Positions 11,093-22,835 of a stretch of DNA of 64,000 nucleotides are shown piece by piece. The notes below the pieces were generated by a model. The model did no database searches. It was not told the origin of the DNA and saw only the letters and a list, made by a program, of their open reading frames with translations. The position numbers were made by a program, and so were the translations under genes. Source of the DNA: Macrostomum lignano (Eukaryota); the NCBI GenBank assembly GCA_002269645.1, contig NIVC01000037.1, forward strand, positions 1,054,001 through 1,118,000. Reading direction: 5' to 3'. Position 1 is the first letter of the stretch. The number at the start of each line of letters is the position of its first letter.

Positions 11093-11351
11093 AGAGGAAT
11101 TGTAGCGAAACTTGAGGCTGAGAGCGATGCGACGCAGGATTTGTGAGTTTATTTATTTGTACACCATTCGTATTGCTCTACTACTAATAATAAGGTAAGT
11201 AAATCTATTTAGAGAAAGTAAATATCTCGTAGTAATCCGCCCCTCTGACACTCCTCAATCCACCCCAATTTTCTAAATTCGATTCCAGGAAACAATGGCG
11301 GTGATTCACAGCGGCTCGCCCCAGCCCCGCCAGGCTTTGAGCGTTCAGGGA

Positions 11352-12812
11352 GGTTCAGATTCAGGTTCCGCTTCAGGTCATTCAGATTCAGGTTCCGCTT
11401 CAGGTCATTCAGATTCAGGTTCCGCTTCAGGTCATTCAGATTCAGGTTCCGCTTCAGGTCATTCAGATTCAGGTTCCGCTTCAGGTCATTCAGATTCAGG
11501 TTCCGCTTCAGGTCATTCAGATTCAGGTTCCGCTTCAGGTCATTCAGATTCAGGTTCCGCTTCAGGTCATTCAGATTCAGGTTCCGCTTCAGGTCATTCA
11601 GATTCAGGTTCCACTTCAGGTCATTCAGATTCAGGTTCCGCTTCAGGTCATTCAGATTCAGGTTCCGCTTCAGGTCATTCTAATTCAGGTTCCGCTTTAG
11701 GTCATTCAGACTCAGGTTCGGGTCATTCAGATTAAGGTTCGGGTCATTCAGATTCAGGTTCCGCTTCAGGTCATTCAGATTCAGGTTCCGCTTCAGGTCA
11801 TTCAGATTCAGGTTCCGCTTCAGGTCATTCTAATTCAGGTTCCGCTTTAGGTCATTCAGACTCAGGTTCGGGTCATTCAGATTAAGGTTCGGGTCATTCA
11901 GATTCAGGTTCCGCTTCAGGTCATTCAGATTCAGGTTCCACTTCAGGTCATTCAGATTCAGGTTCCGCTTCAGGTCATTCAGATTCAGGTTCCACTTCAG
12001 GTCATTCAGATTCAGGTTCCGCTTCAGGTCATTCAGATTCAGGTTCCGCTTCAGGTCATTCATATTCAGGTTCCGCTTCAGGTCATTCATATTCAGGTTC
12101 CGCTTCAGGTCATTCAGATTCAGGTTCCGCTTCAGGTCATTCAGATTCAGGTTCAGGTCATTCAGATTCAGGTTCCGCTTCAGGTCATTCAGATTCAGGT
12201 TCAGGTCATTCAGATTCAGATTCAGGTCATTCAGATTCAGGTTCAGGTAATTCAGATTCAGGTTCAGGTCATTCAGATTCAGCTTCAGCTTTAGGTCATT
12301 CAGATTCAGGTTCCGCTTCAGGTCATTCAGATTCAGGTTCAAGTTCAAGTCATTTAGATTCAGGTTCGGGTCATTAAGATTCAGGTTCAGGTTCAGGTCA
12401 TTCAGATTCAGGTTCCGCTTCAGGTCATTCAGATTCAGGTTCCGCTTCAGGTCATTCAGATTCAGGTTCGGGTCATTCAGATTCAGGTTCGGGTCATTCA
12501 GATTAATGTTCGGGTCATTCAGATTAAGGTTCGGGTCATTCAGATTAATGTTCGGGTCATTCAGATTAAGGTTCGGGTCATTCAGATTAAGGTTCGGGTC
12601 ATTCAGATTAAGGTTCGGGTCATTCAGATTCAGGTTCCGCTTCAGGTCATTCAGATTCAGGTTCCGCTTCAGGTCATTCAGATTCAGGTTCAGGTCATTC
12701 AGATTCAGGTTCAGGTAATTCAGATTCAGGTTCAGGTCATTCAGATTCAGGTTTAGGTAATTCAGATTCAGGTTCAGGTCATTCAGATTCAGCTTCAGCT
12801 TCAGCTTCAGCC
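11352..12812. repeat. 27/21-bp minisatellite built from TTCAGG/TTCAGA hexamers
   Basis: (TCAGATTCAGGTTCCGCTTCAGGTCAT)n with 21-bp variants; an internal block is duplicated (about 11670-11760 and 11830-11910). Confidence 0.95.
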
Positions 12813-13055
12813 CAATCAGCTACTCATAGCAGCTCTAACAGAACCATATGGAAGTGAAAGTAGAATTGAATTTACTGGGAATTTAACAGATGAAAATCTC
12901 TCATGTTTGATAAAATGCGCTCCCTAATTTCTCGATGATTTTTGTGTCAGATGCAAGCTGTGAGACACGGCTGTGGGATGGCGATGGCATACCAATCTAC
13001 GGTGCAAAAAACAAATAATTACGGCTTAATTCACAAGTAAAAAAGTAGCACTCAA

Positions 13056-13128
13056 TACCCCAGGAGGGACTCGAACCCTCAACCTCCGGATTAGAAGTCC
13101 GACGCGCTATCCATTGCGCCACTGGGGC
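13056..13128 (-). tRNA. trnR-TCT: tRNA-Arg(TCT), intronless
   Basis: Identical to 9345-9417; T6 terminator at 13044-13039; 3' flank 12830-13055 homologous to 9170-9344. Confidence 0.97.
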
Positions 13129-14935
13129 TTCGATAGTTGAACAAGCGAGTTTTGAACTTTAATTCTGAATTGCTTTGCCTGCTGAAAGCGGAGACTTCAA
13201 TAGTGAGTAGCAGAAATTCTTGATTGGTGCTCAGCATGCAGAGCAGCTGTTTCACTATTAGACTTAGGAATTGAGTAAGTTGGAGTCAACTTTAACGCGT
13301 GCTCAATAATTGGCTCACAAGTCGAATGAGTTTGGTTGGGGAACACCTCTGGCTCTGAGCAACTGTTGGCACGAGATTGACAGAAATTTTAGCCGTTAAT
13401 TTGTACCTGTGTGTGAGTATGCAGTTCATTTTTTGCTGCACTGCAGAAGCATGAGCAGGATAGCAAAAATAGGAAATATATTTATGTATACTACTTAGGA
13501 ATTTCGAAATTAAATAATAAGCTGATTGACTCTCTATAAGTACTTCTTGATTTTAGCGCAGAATTTTGCTGGTATTTGCGTACAGATCCGAGTCAAGGAC
13601 TACTAGACTTGAAGGACGCAACACTTGCAAATCGTGCAAAAATAGTTGAAGGCCGGTTATTAAAATGTCTGTATCTCCGAATCGGTTGCATGTAGAAGGT
13701 TAATTTTTTCGACAGATTTTTCAGACTTTTGTCCCCTACCAAGTAAGTCAGTTAGTTTAGTTTCCAGCTAGATGTAGATTCAGGAAATCCTGTACAATGG
13801 AGACACCCCATTTTTAAGCGTTTGATAGCTGTTCAAATCTTCAAATTTAGGAAGCAAAAATTCGTAGTAAAGTAGCTGAAAATCTTAAGCGCATTTTTTG
13901 TGAATACGCTGTGAATAACGAAGTGTTCCTAGTGGTCCTTGATCCGAGTGCGCACCAACCTCAGCAGTTGCCTAATGATAAGGCATCATTAGTCTTATTG
14001 ATTTTCTATTGATGGGCAAGATATATGGACAAGATGGACAAGTGCTCCTGCTCAGGTAGATATCGAATTCAGATTTAAAAGTTGCTCAAGCTTTTTTCAT
14101 AAATGCTACCGGAGACCGGCAAGCAATAGAAGCGTAGGCAAAATTTCTGTTCTTATCTCACTGTTGGGGTTGTTCTAGTCGGATTTTTCTCCACCGATTT
14201 TATGGTGAAAACCCATATGGAGCGCTATATAGAGAAAGCATTTTTGTCAAATCAGTTTTCAAAATGCAAAAGTATTTTGAGCGTTTCTCCTCGCCGATAT
14301 AATTTTTCTAACTTTTTCTTGACTATATGATGAATGATGAATCGATTTGTATTGTTTTGAGACCAATACCATAATCATTTTTATTGTTGAGAGCTTGGAG
14401 TCAACTTGGAGTCGCTATCTCAAAATATCGTCTTTTCAGGAAACAATATGTCCCTCTCTTGTTGTGCAGCTAAAAACAAGGAAGAAACTTAAATGATAAG
14501 GTTTAGATTTTGACAAATGTTTTTGTTTTATTAACTCGTGCGTCGTCTCAAATCTTTAAATTTTACACTGAACTGAATAAATTAATATGTGCACGTCGGA
14601 CGGAGGCGATACGCGATTAAAGTAGTTAGAGGAAGTAATTGAGTGATGTTAGGTCAGCATAGTGTCTATAGACTACATGTCATAATTGTGTAAGCTACAG
14701 CTAGAACTGTAAAAAAAGTGTAATCGTTTTATTACCTTCCCGCCCTGTCTACTAATTCTAATTTTAAGCAGTACAGCATATATATTATACCGCAGTTTGC
14801 TCTCTGTCACTGTATTTATTAACCAACTTACCAACTATCTATCTAGTAGTTTCGTTAGAATTTTATTTATTTTTTTGTTGTTACATTGTAATATGTCAGA
14901 TTTCTGTAGACAGAAAGACAGGTAGTTAGACATTT

Positions 14936-15376
14936 GGCAAAGTCCTACTTTGCTGCGTTAAATTATTTTGACGATAAAAAGTTAAAATCACGCTAATTAG
15001 AGTTACAGTTACACTGGAGTAGAGTTAGGAGAGTAGTTAGAAGGACGTAGGGCAGGCCCATGTCAGCAATTAATAGTAGTGAGCAACCCAGTACATGAAG
15101 TTGCCGAACGTCTTCTCCGGGAAGAGGCGGCGCCAGAGGAACTCATTCAGGTGAGTCTCGAACAGTGCATCACTCGTGCCATGCATCCTTCGGAATTTGT
15201 CCTTGACATGTGCCCACGATCCCTCAATGGTGTTGGTGTGCACGGTCCTTTGGTGGTGGGCCTACGTCCTTCTAACTACTCTCCTAACTCTACTCCAGTG
15301 TAACTGTAACTCTAATTAGCGTGATTTTAACTTTTTATCGTCAAAATAATTTAACGCAGCAAAGTAGGACTTTGCC
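14936..15376 (-). mobile_element. Merlin (IS1595-like) non-autonomous deletion derivative, 441 bp
   Basis: Perfect 116-bp TIRs starting GGCAAAGTCC (14936-15051 / 15261-15376); 8-bp TSD AGACATTT (14928-14935 / 15377-15384). Minus strand 15252-15070 encodes QRTVHTNTIEGSWAHVKDKFRRMHGTSDALFETHLNEFLWRR..., matching the C-terminal catalytic segment of IS1595/Merlin transposases. Confidence 0.9.
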
Positions 15377-15802
15377 AGACATTTATTTATACCAGGGCTA
15401 TTTTTCTTTTTGATGACATGAAAAGTAAGAAATCCTAGGCCTAACTAAAGAGATTAAACTATATAGGCTTTAGTCAGTAGAATTTAGTCACTACTAAACC
15501 TAGGCTATAGTAGGCCTATATGTCCTTTAAAACATTGATTATTAAAGGAATCTTTTCTATTGAAAGACATTTTAAGCTTGTCTATCTATTGATTAAGTTA
15601 TTATTGATTGTTTAGCATTGCTATCTCAGACTTAGGTCAAGTAGAGGTCAGAAAAGATCTCATTAATCTCAGGATCAATATTCAAGATTTTGACTTTTTT
15701 TATCAAATCTGGATTAGGCCTAAATCTTAATTTTTTAAAAGCTTTTTGTTTTTAAGGGTCTAATTTTATATTTGATTTATTATATTTCAGGTATCCTATC
15801 AA

Positions 15803-18800
15803 ATGTCCTTACCAATCAAGGTCATCCACTTCATTATTCTGCTGAGTGTAAGTCTCTGGGTTTTTTTTTTCGCCAGAGATAAGGTGCGAAATCGCACCTT
15901 GTGCCAAATTTCAAGGTGCGATTTTAAGGCTCAGAGTGCAATTTCTCTTGAGTCTTGTTTAGAATGTGAGGGTTTCACGAGAGATATTCAGCCAGACATT
16001 CAAAACGATCGTCTGTAACTTTAAACAAAATTGACCCGCTTCAACCATCTTTTTGGCAAATACTTACGCAAGTGTTGGGCGTCGAATAAGCTTTAATTTA
16101 TTAACTGATGTAAAAATCCTTCTGACATACATTGATTTAAAAATTGCTTAGCAACACTCTGATTAGAAATCGCTTTACTGTTGACTAAAATTGTTTTGAT
16201 CGTAGCAGCCTAAAAGCAGATACTGGATTTAAAAATGCTTCGATTTACTCTATACGCATGTCTCAGCTTTAAAATGACACCTCAGGCGTTGCAAAAGACA
16301 GCTTTGATGCTGAGATATTCGACATTAAACAATTGCTTTGCGCAAACTCACATTCAGAAATTTCACTGATTTTTATCGATATTTGTGCAGTTGCCGTGTC
16401 CTTGTTTTTCATCAGAAACTTGTCAAATTCTAGTCATGTCCAGTTTAAACCTGGACTTCTCTTAAACTGTCTTAAGTATTTGATTTTTAATGATTCCTGC
16501 CTTTATATTGCATAGATTGTACCTGAGTCAGTGAGTCTATGAGTGTACATTTGTACATATGGCGACCAATCATGACTTTTTCACCACTTTGCGGTTCAAA
16601 TAAATATACGAGTGTACGAGAAACATGTTCCAACTGTTATTGAGAGAAATTGACGTCGCGTTTATTAACAGTCAGTGGCAATTAATATGAAGCAAATAGT
16701 TTATTGTTATGTTTTTACATTTTTTGCGTGGCAATTCTGCTATCCAAATTGGAATGAGGTAAGCGGTGGGATCTAATGTACTGCTAAGCTTTCCAATCCC
16801 TACAGACTACTGTAGCAGTTCTTAACTTTTTTCTGTCTTGACTTCTAGACTCGGAATTCGGAACAACCTAAGGAGCCGCATGAAAATATTTAATTGGATA
16901 AAGATATTTTCTAAAAACAGCTCAAGTTGTGACACATCTTCTTCTCGCCTCAGTCCATCAACTGCTGCTCCTTCTGAGACCGAAGCGATCGTGAAAGTAA
17001 AACAGATCAGTTTAGATCCCATGGCCATGAATACAACCATTTCAATTGTGAACCTGCTTCGCTTACGAGTACGAGCACTAGCCTTCCATTTGATGCCATT
17101 AGCTCACTTAACTCTGAAATAGTTCAAGGACGGTTCCAAATGTTGAGATCTGACGTAGAAGCAGTCCAATTTGCGGAAATTTATCAACTGGACTCCATGA
17201 ATCACTCCAATGAAAGGCGGCGAATAGCTGCAGAATGCGTAAACAAGTTTAAGTGAGTCACAAAAACCCCATTTACAGTAACTACATACACTTGTACGTT
17301 AGCAAGGCTCCATGCGATGGTTAATAAATGGAGAAGTAGACAAGCATCTGAACAAATATTGAATAAAAATCAGTGAAGTTTCCGAATGTGAGTTTGAGCA
17401 AAGCAATGTTTAGTTTCGAATATCTCAGCATCAAAGCTGTCTTTTGCAACGCCTGAGATGTCATTTTAAAGCTGAGACATGCGTATAGACATGACTAGAA
17501 TTTGACGAGATTCTGATGAAAAACAAGGACACGGCAACTGCACAAATATCAACAAAAAATCAGTGAAATTTCTGAATGTGAGTTTGCGCAAAGCAATGCA
17601 TGTTTAGTGTCAAATATCTCAGCATCAAAGCTGTCTTTTGCGACGCCTGAGGTGTCATTTTAAAGCTGAGACATGCGTATAGACATGACTAGAATTTGAC
17701 GAGATTCTGATGAAAAACAAGGACACGGCAACTGCACAAATATCAACAAAAAATCAGTGAAATTTCTGAATGTGAGTTTGCGCAAAGCAATGCATGTTTA
17801 GTGTCAAATATCTCAGCATCAAAGCTGTCTTTTGCAACGCCTGAGGTGTCATTTTAAAGCTGAGACATGCGTATAGAGTAAATCGAAGCATTTTTAAATC
17901 CAGTATCTGCTTTTAGGCTGCTACGATCAAAACAATTTTAGTCAACAGTAAAGCGATTTCTAATCAGAGCTAGTGTTGCTAAGCAATTTTTAAATCAATG
18001 TATGTCAGAAGGATTTTTACATCAGTTAATAAATTAAAGCTTATTCGACGCCCAACACTTGCGTAAGTATTTGCCAAAAAGATGGTTGAAGCGGGTCAAT
18101 TTTGTTTAAAGTTACAGACAATCATTTTGAATGTCTGTCTTCGGAATGGGTCTCCCTAAAACACGCCCCGCACCGCCCTGCAGCGCTACACATTAAAACA
18201 AATTGGACTATAACTAAAGACACTTCAGAATGCGTTTTCTGTTAAGCTTCAAGTTTTTATTAAATTTAGTTTTTTTACTTTGAAATATAAAATTCGGTGA
18301 ACAATAAGTGATATTAATAATAATATTAATAAAATAATAATATCATAATTTAATAATGAAAACGAGAATATAAAAAAAAATAATATTTAAAAAAATAAAT
18401 AAAGATATTTATTCCATTACTATTTTAACTTTTCCTTGCAATCAAATAGGCCCCCCTACTGCATTGACAAAAAATGTTATAATGTGTAGCGGTTCGGGGC
18501 CCGGTGCGGGGCGTGTTTTAGGGAGCCCCTGTCTGAATATCTCTCGTGAAACCCTCACATTGCTCACATTTCAGACAACTGGGAATGTATATTTTAATAT
18601 CTTACATAAGGCTATAGCTATAGGCTATATCGCCTATATGACTTATAGGATTTAAAGAGTTATTTTGTTTCATATTTTAAGGCAGTGCATAAAAAATAGC
18701 TTAAGCATGGTTAAGCCTTTAAAGAAAAATGGTTATAAGACCGCACCTAAACCGCACCTACTTTTTTAATTTCAGGGTGCGATTTTAAAATTTAGGGTGC

Positions 18801-21800
18801 ATACGCACACTCTACGCACAAAAAAAAACCCTGGTAAGTCTGCTTCATATCTACATAGCTCCTTACAACAAAGTAGAAGAGAGCTTCAACTTGCAGGCAA
18901 CTCATGACATTCTGTACCATGGCTATAACCTATCCGCTGTAAGTTCTTGCTTTCACATAGTATTATGGTTGTAATGTACATTCATATACATGCTCATTAG
19001 GGATTGAAATCCTGGGATCCCAGGATCCCAAAATCCTAGGATTGGGTCCAAATCCTGGGATTTCCAGTCCTGGGATTTGGGGTCCCAAATCCTGGGACTA
19101 ATTCTTGTTATTATTTTTTACAAAAAGTGTTATAATATGAACATAATTAGGCCCACAATTATAGTTTGTTATACTGTACTAATGTCCATTATTGCCTCAC
19201 ATCATGTGGTGCCTTTTTAAACCCTGCATCATAGATTTAAATGTGAAATTTATTCTAATGTAAATTTTGATATATGATTGACTTCTTTACTACTAATTAG
19301 TACTTTTATACTACTTACTTAAATATGTCACAATATGTTTTTCATCTACAAAAATATTATTATCTCTATAACAATAAAAATGGAAGCAAAAATATGTTTA
19401 GCGCATATTTTGCCTTAAAATTTCAACCCAGAAGCTTAAAAATCTGTATTTTTTCTGAGATTGGCCAAAGTCTGGGATTAAATCCCAGGATCCAATTATT
19501 GCAAAAAAACTGGGATTTTGCAATCCCTAACGCTCACACAGGATGTACAGCGGCCCTGAATTTCTCAGTGTCAGGCATGTGCACTCTGCATGCGCAACTG
19601 ATCTATAATAAAAACAAGACTCTTCAAAACTCCGACCTCCCTCCCCAACCATCGCCAGTACGATCACAAGGAGTTCCCCGGCCCGGTGCCGCGCACCTTC
19701 CTCGGTCCACTGGCCCTGGCCGCTGCCGCTGCCCCGACGCGGCTGCTGCTGCCAGCCGCCCTGGGACTCTCCGGCGCCGTCGATCAGCCCGAGGCGGCCG
19801 CTGTAGGGCACAGTCGCCTGCCGATGCTGTTCATTGTTCGAGCGCTGCTGGCCGCCGCGGTGGCCTGGTCCCTGGCCGACTTCGCCCAGTCGCTGGGCCC
19901 GGCAGCAGCCAGTTGGTTCGTGGCAATCTCGGCCAGCCAGTTCCACCTGCTGTTCTACGCGTCCAGGACTTTGCCCAATACGTTCGCTATGGCGCTGGCG
20001 CTGCCAGGCTTGCGCGCTCTGCTGCTGGATGGCGACTGGCGCAGCTGCGTGCGCTGGGCCGGACTGGCCGGGCTGCTGTTTCGCAGCGAACTCGGCCTGC
20101 TGTTCGGGCCGCCAGCTGTCTATCTGTTAGCTACTGGGAGGCTGCGACCTACTGATGCCGTGCGGACGGCTGCGCCTGTTGCTGTTGGCTGCGCTGGTGA
20201 GTTCAGTTTATTTAACGTCAGTATAAGCTCTGTCAAACCGAATTCGCAAACAACATGTCATCTCAGGTTGACAGCCAGCTACATAAAATAGATTCTCAGA
20301 CTCTCCAAGGGAGGGGAAATGTCAGATTCCCCAAGCTCCATAATAATCTCAGAATCCTCAAGCTCCATAATAATCTCAGATTCCCCAAGCTCCATCATAA
20401 TCTCAGAATCCCCAAGCTCCATCATCATCTCAGATTCCCCAAGCTCCATCATCATCTCAGATTCCCCAAGCTCACCTCAGATTCCCAAGCTCCATCATCA
20501 TCTCAGATTCCCCAAGCTCCATAATAATCTCAGAATCCCCAAGCTCCATCATCATCTTAGATTCCCTAAGCTCCATCAATCTTAGATTCCCCAAGCTCAT
20601 CTTAGATTCCCCAAGCTCCATCATCTCAGATTCCCCAAACTCCATCATCATCTCAGATTCCGAAAGCTCCACCATCTCAGATTCTCCAAGCTCCATCATC
20701 TCAGATTCCCCAAGCTCCATCATCTCCGATTCCCCAAGCTCCATCATCATCTCAGATTCCCCAAGCTTCATAATAATCTCAGATTTCCCAAGCTTCATAA
20801 TAATCTCAGATTCCCCAAGCTCCATCATCTTAGATTCCCTAAGCTCCATTATCATCTCCGATTCCCCAAGCTCTATAATCTGCGAGTTCACCATTCACAA
20901 ACCTGCATCAGCACTGAACTTCCCCGCAGCGCTCACTGTTGCCGTGGACTCGGTGTTCTGGGGCCGTCTAGTCTGGCCTGAGCTCTCCGTGCTGCTCTTC
21001 AACACCTGGCAGAACAAGAGCTCGCTATGGGGCACTCAGCCTTTCCTCTGGTACTTCTACTCGGCTCTGCCTCGGTGTTTGCTATTCTCGGCGCCGTTGG
21101 CACTTGCTAGCGCTAAATTGGCGCCGCGCGCCAGGCCACTACTGGCTTCGGCAGTAGTCTTTGTGCTGGCCTATTCCTGCCTACCGCACAAAGAGCTCCG
21201 CTTCGTGCTCTACTCTGTGCCGCTGTTCAACGCCTCCGCGGCCTGCGCTTGTGATGCTATTTTTAGCAACCGACGGGATTCCCCTCGAGAGAGGTCTCCC
21301 CCAGAAAAATCTGTGGATAAAGCAGGCGGTGAATCGATAGTAACATCAACCGAATCGCGTCGACGAATTACCGGAAATCGGGCTTCGGCCGAGTCTAGCC
21401 CGGACTGTCCGGGTAGGGAATCTCCCAAGGCTCAGGGGGAATCCTGGGAATCCCCGCTGCTCATGACAGTCGGCCGGGTCTTCTGCCTTGGCCACCTGCT
21501 GGGTAACGCCGGGGCCGCCGGCCTTCTGGCCCTGGCGGCCGCCTGGAATTATCCCGGCGGCGAGGCCGTCAGCCTGCTGCACACCTACCTGCACTCCAGC
21601 GCGTCGGTGCACGTGCACCTGTGCAACTTGGCCGCCCAGACTGGCGCCTCGAGATTCTTGCAGTTGCACGACGCTTGGATCTATAATAAAACTGAGGGCC
21701 TCAATCTGCTCACCGACTATCGGCCATTTAGTCACGTGATCGCCGAGCCAGAGTTCGCGGACGCCGTCGGCCTGACGCGGACCTGCCGAACCATCGGGGC

Positions 21801-21927
21801 CGTCTCTGCGTTTGACGGGTTCAACGGGTTCAAAGACCTGTTGGCCGAGGGTTTCTCCGGCCTGTGCTGGCACCGGCTGCTGAGGCTGCGTACGGCCCTG
21901 CTGATGCTGGAAAAGCCGCATGTTTGA
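15803..21927 (+). CDS. ALG12: Dol-P-Man alpha-1,6-mannosyltransferase ALG12; coding segments 15803-15847, 18834-18938, 19659-20196, 20930-21927 (561 aa if the insertion in exon 1 is removed)
   Basis: Family motifs [93 protein letters not shown] introns 18939-19658 (phase 0) and 20197-20929 (phase 1) keep the frame. Functionality of this copy is uncertain because exon 1 is interrupted. Confidence 0.93.
15962..18561. mobile_element. Long-TIR foldback element nested in the hAT element
   Basis: Arm about 15962-16440 is the reverse complement of about 17365-18135 plus 18533-18561; a roughly 190-bp subunit is triplicated in the right arm (17367-17878). Confidence 0.7.
18136..18529. mobile_element. 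MITE-like insert in the right foldback arm
   Basis: Imperfect TIRs CTCCCTAAAACACGCCCCGCACC...GGTGCGGGGCGTGTTTTAGGGAG around an AT-rich core; possible CTGTC duplication. Confidence 0.6.
18998..19529. mobile_element. hAT-type MITE in an ALG12 intron
   Basis: TIR TAGGGATTG...CAATCCCTA; diverged 8-bp TSD ATGCTCAT / ACGCTCAC; subterminal ATCC(T/C)GGGAT repeats. Confidence 0.7.
20315..20880. repeat. 27-bp minisatellite (CTCAGATTCCCCAAGCTCCATCATCAT)n in an ALG12 intron
   Basis: Direct tandem units. Confidence 0.93.
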
Positions 21928-21944
21928 TTGACTTTTTCTGGAGT

Positions 21945-22835
21945 TAAGAGGGGAAGCGGTCTCCTGAAGAGTCTGGGGGGTAGAAGCGGTCTCCTGAAGA
22001 GTCTGGGGGGTAGAAGCGGTCTCCTGAAGAGTCTGGGGGGTAGAAGCGGTCTCCTGAAGAGTCTGGGGGGTAGAAGCGGTCTCCTGAAGAGTCTGTGGGG
22101 GGGGTGGGGTAGAAGCGGTCTCCTGAAGAGTCTGGGGGGTAGAAGCGGTCTCCTGTAAAAGTCTGGGGGGTAGAAGCGGTCTCCTGAAGAGTCTGTGGGG
22201 GGGGTGGGGTAGAAGCGGTCTCCTGAAGAGTCTGGGGGGTAGAAGCGGTCTCCTGTAAAAGTCTGGGGGGTAGAAGCGGTCTCCTGAAGAGTCTGTGGGG
22301 GGGGGGTAGAAGCGGTCTCCTGAAAAGTCGGGGGAGAGGGTAGAAGCGGTCTCCTGAAGAGTCTGGGGGGTAGAAGCTGTCTCATGAAGAGTCTGGGGGG
22401 GGTAGAAGCGGTCTCCTGAAGAGTCTGGGGGGTAGAAGCGGTCTCCTGTAAAAGTCTGGGGGGTAGAAGCGGTCTCCTGAAGAGTCTGTGGGGGGGGGTG
22501 GGGTAGAAGCGGTCTCCTGAAGAGTCTGGGGGTAGAAGCGGTCTCCTGTAAAAGTCTGGGGGGTAGAAGCGGTCTCCTGAAGAGTCTGTGGGGGGTAGAA
22601 GCGGTCTCCTGAAGAGTCTGGGGGGTAGAAGCTGTCTCATGAAGAGTCTGGGGGGTAGAAGCGGTCTCCTGAAGAGTCTGGGGGTAGAAGCTGTCTCATG
22701 AAGAGTCTGGGGGGGTAGAAGCGGTCTCCTGAAGAGTCTGGGGGGGGGGTAGAAGCTGTCTCATGAAGAGTCGGGGGTTAGAAGTGATCTTCTGAAGAGT
22801 TAGGGCTAGAAGCGGTAGAAGCGGTCTCCTGAAGA
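21945..22835. repeat. About 30-bp G-tract minisatellite (GAAGCGGTCTCCTGAAGAGTCTGGGGGGTA)n
   Basis: Direct tandem units with variable G runs, starting right after the ALG12 stop. Confidence 0.95.

Larger units (their letters stand above)
15856..18833. mobile_element. hAT-type non-autonomous element (2978 bp) inserted in ALG12 coding exon 1
   Basis: 8-bp TSD GTAAGTCT (15848-15855 / 18834-18841); termini CTGGGTTTTTTTTT...AAAAAAAAACCCTG; subterminal GGTGCGA/CGCACC repeats at both ends. Removing it restores the ORF ...[15 protein letters not shown]. Confidence 0.85.

Noticed and set aside
129-12718. Long low-complexity ORFs (KRQKQAK, GEQGEGS, MNSL/MSEF, THSL, SDSGSASGH, NLNLNDLKR)
   Set aside because: Each is a translation of a tandem array whose unit lacks stops, often open in several frames or on both strands; no splice or codon-bias support.
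13560-14450. Probable interspersed repeat (similar texture at 31290-31640)
   Set aside because: No termini, TSD or coding remnant identified, so it could not be classified.
16500-17270. Minus-strand peptide fragments loosely resembling a Merlin transposase
   Set aside because: Multiple stops and only scattered similarity; plus-strand splice signals explain the segment better.
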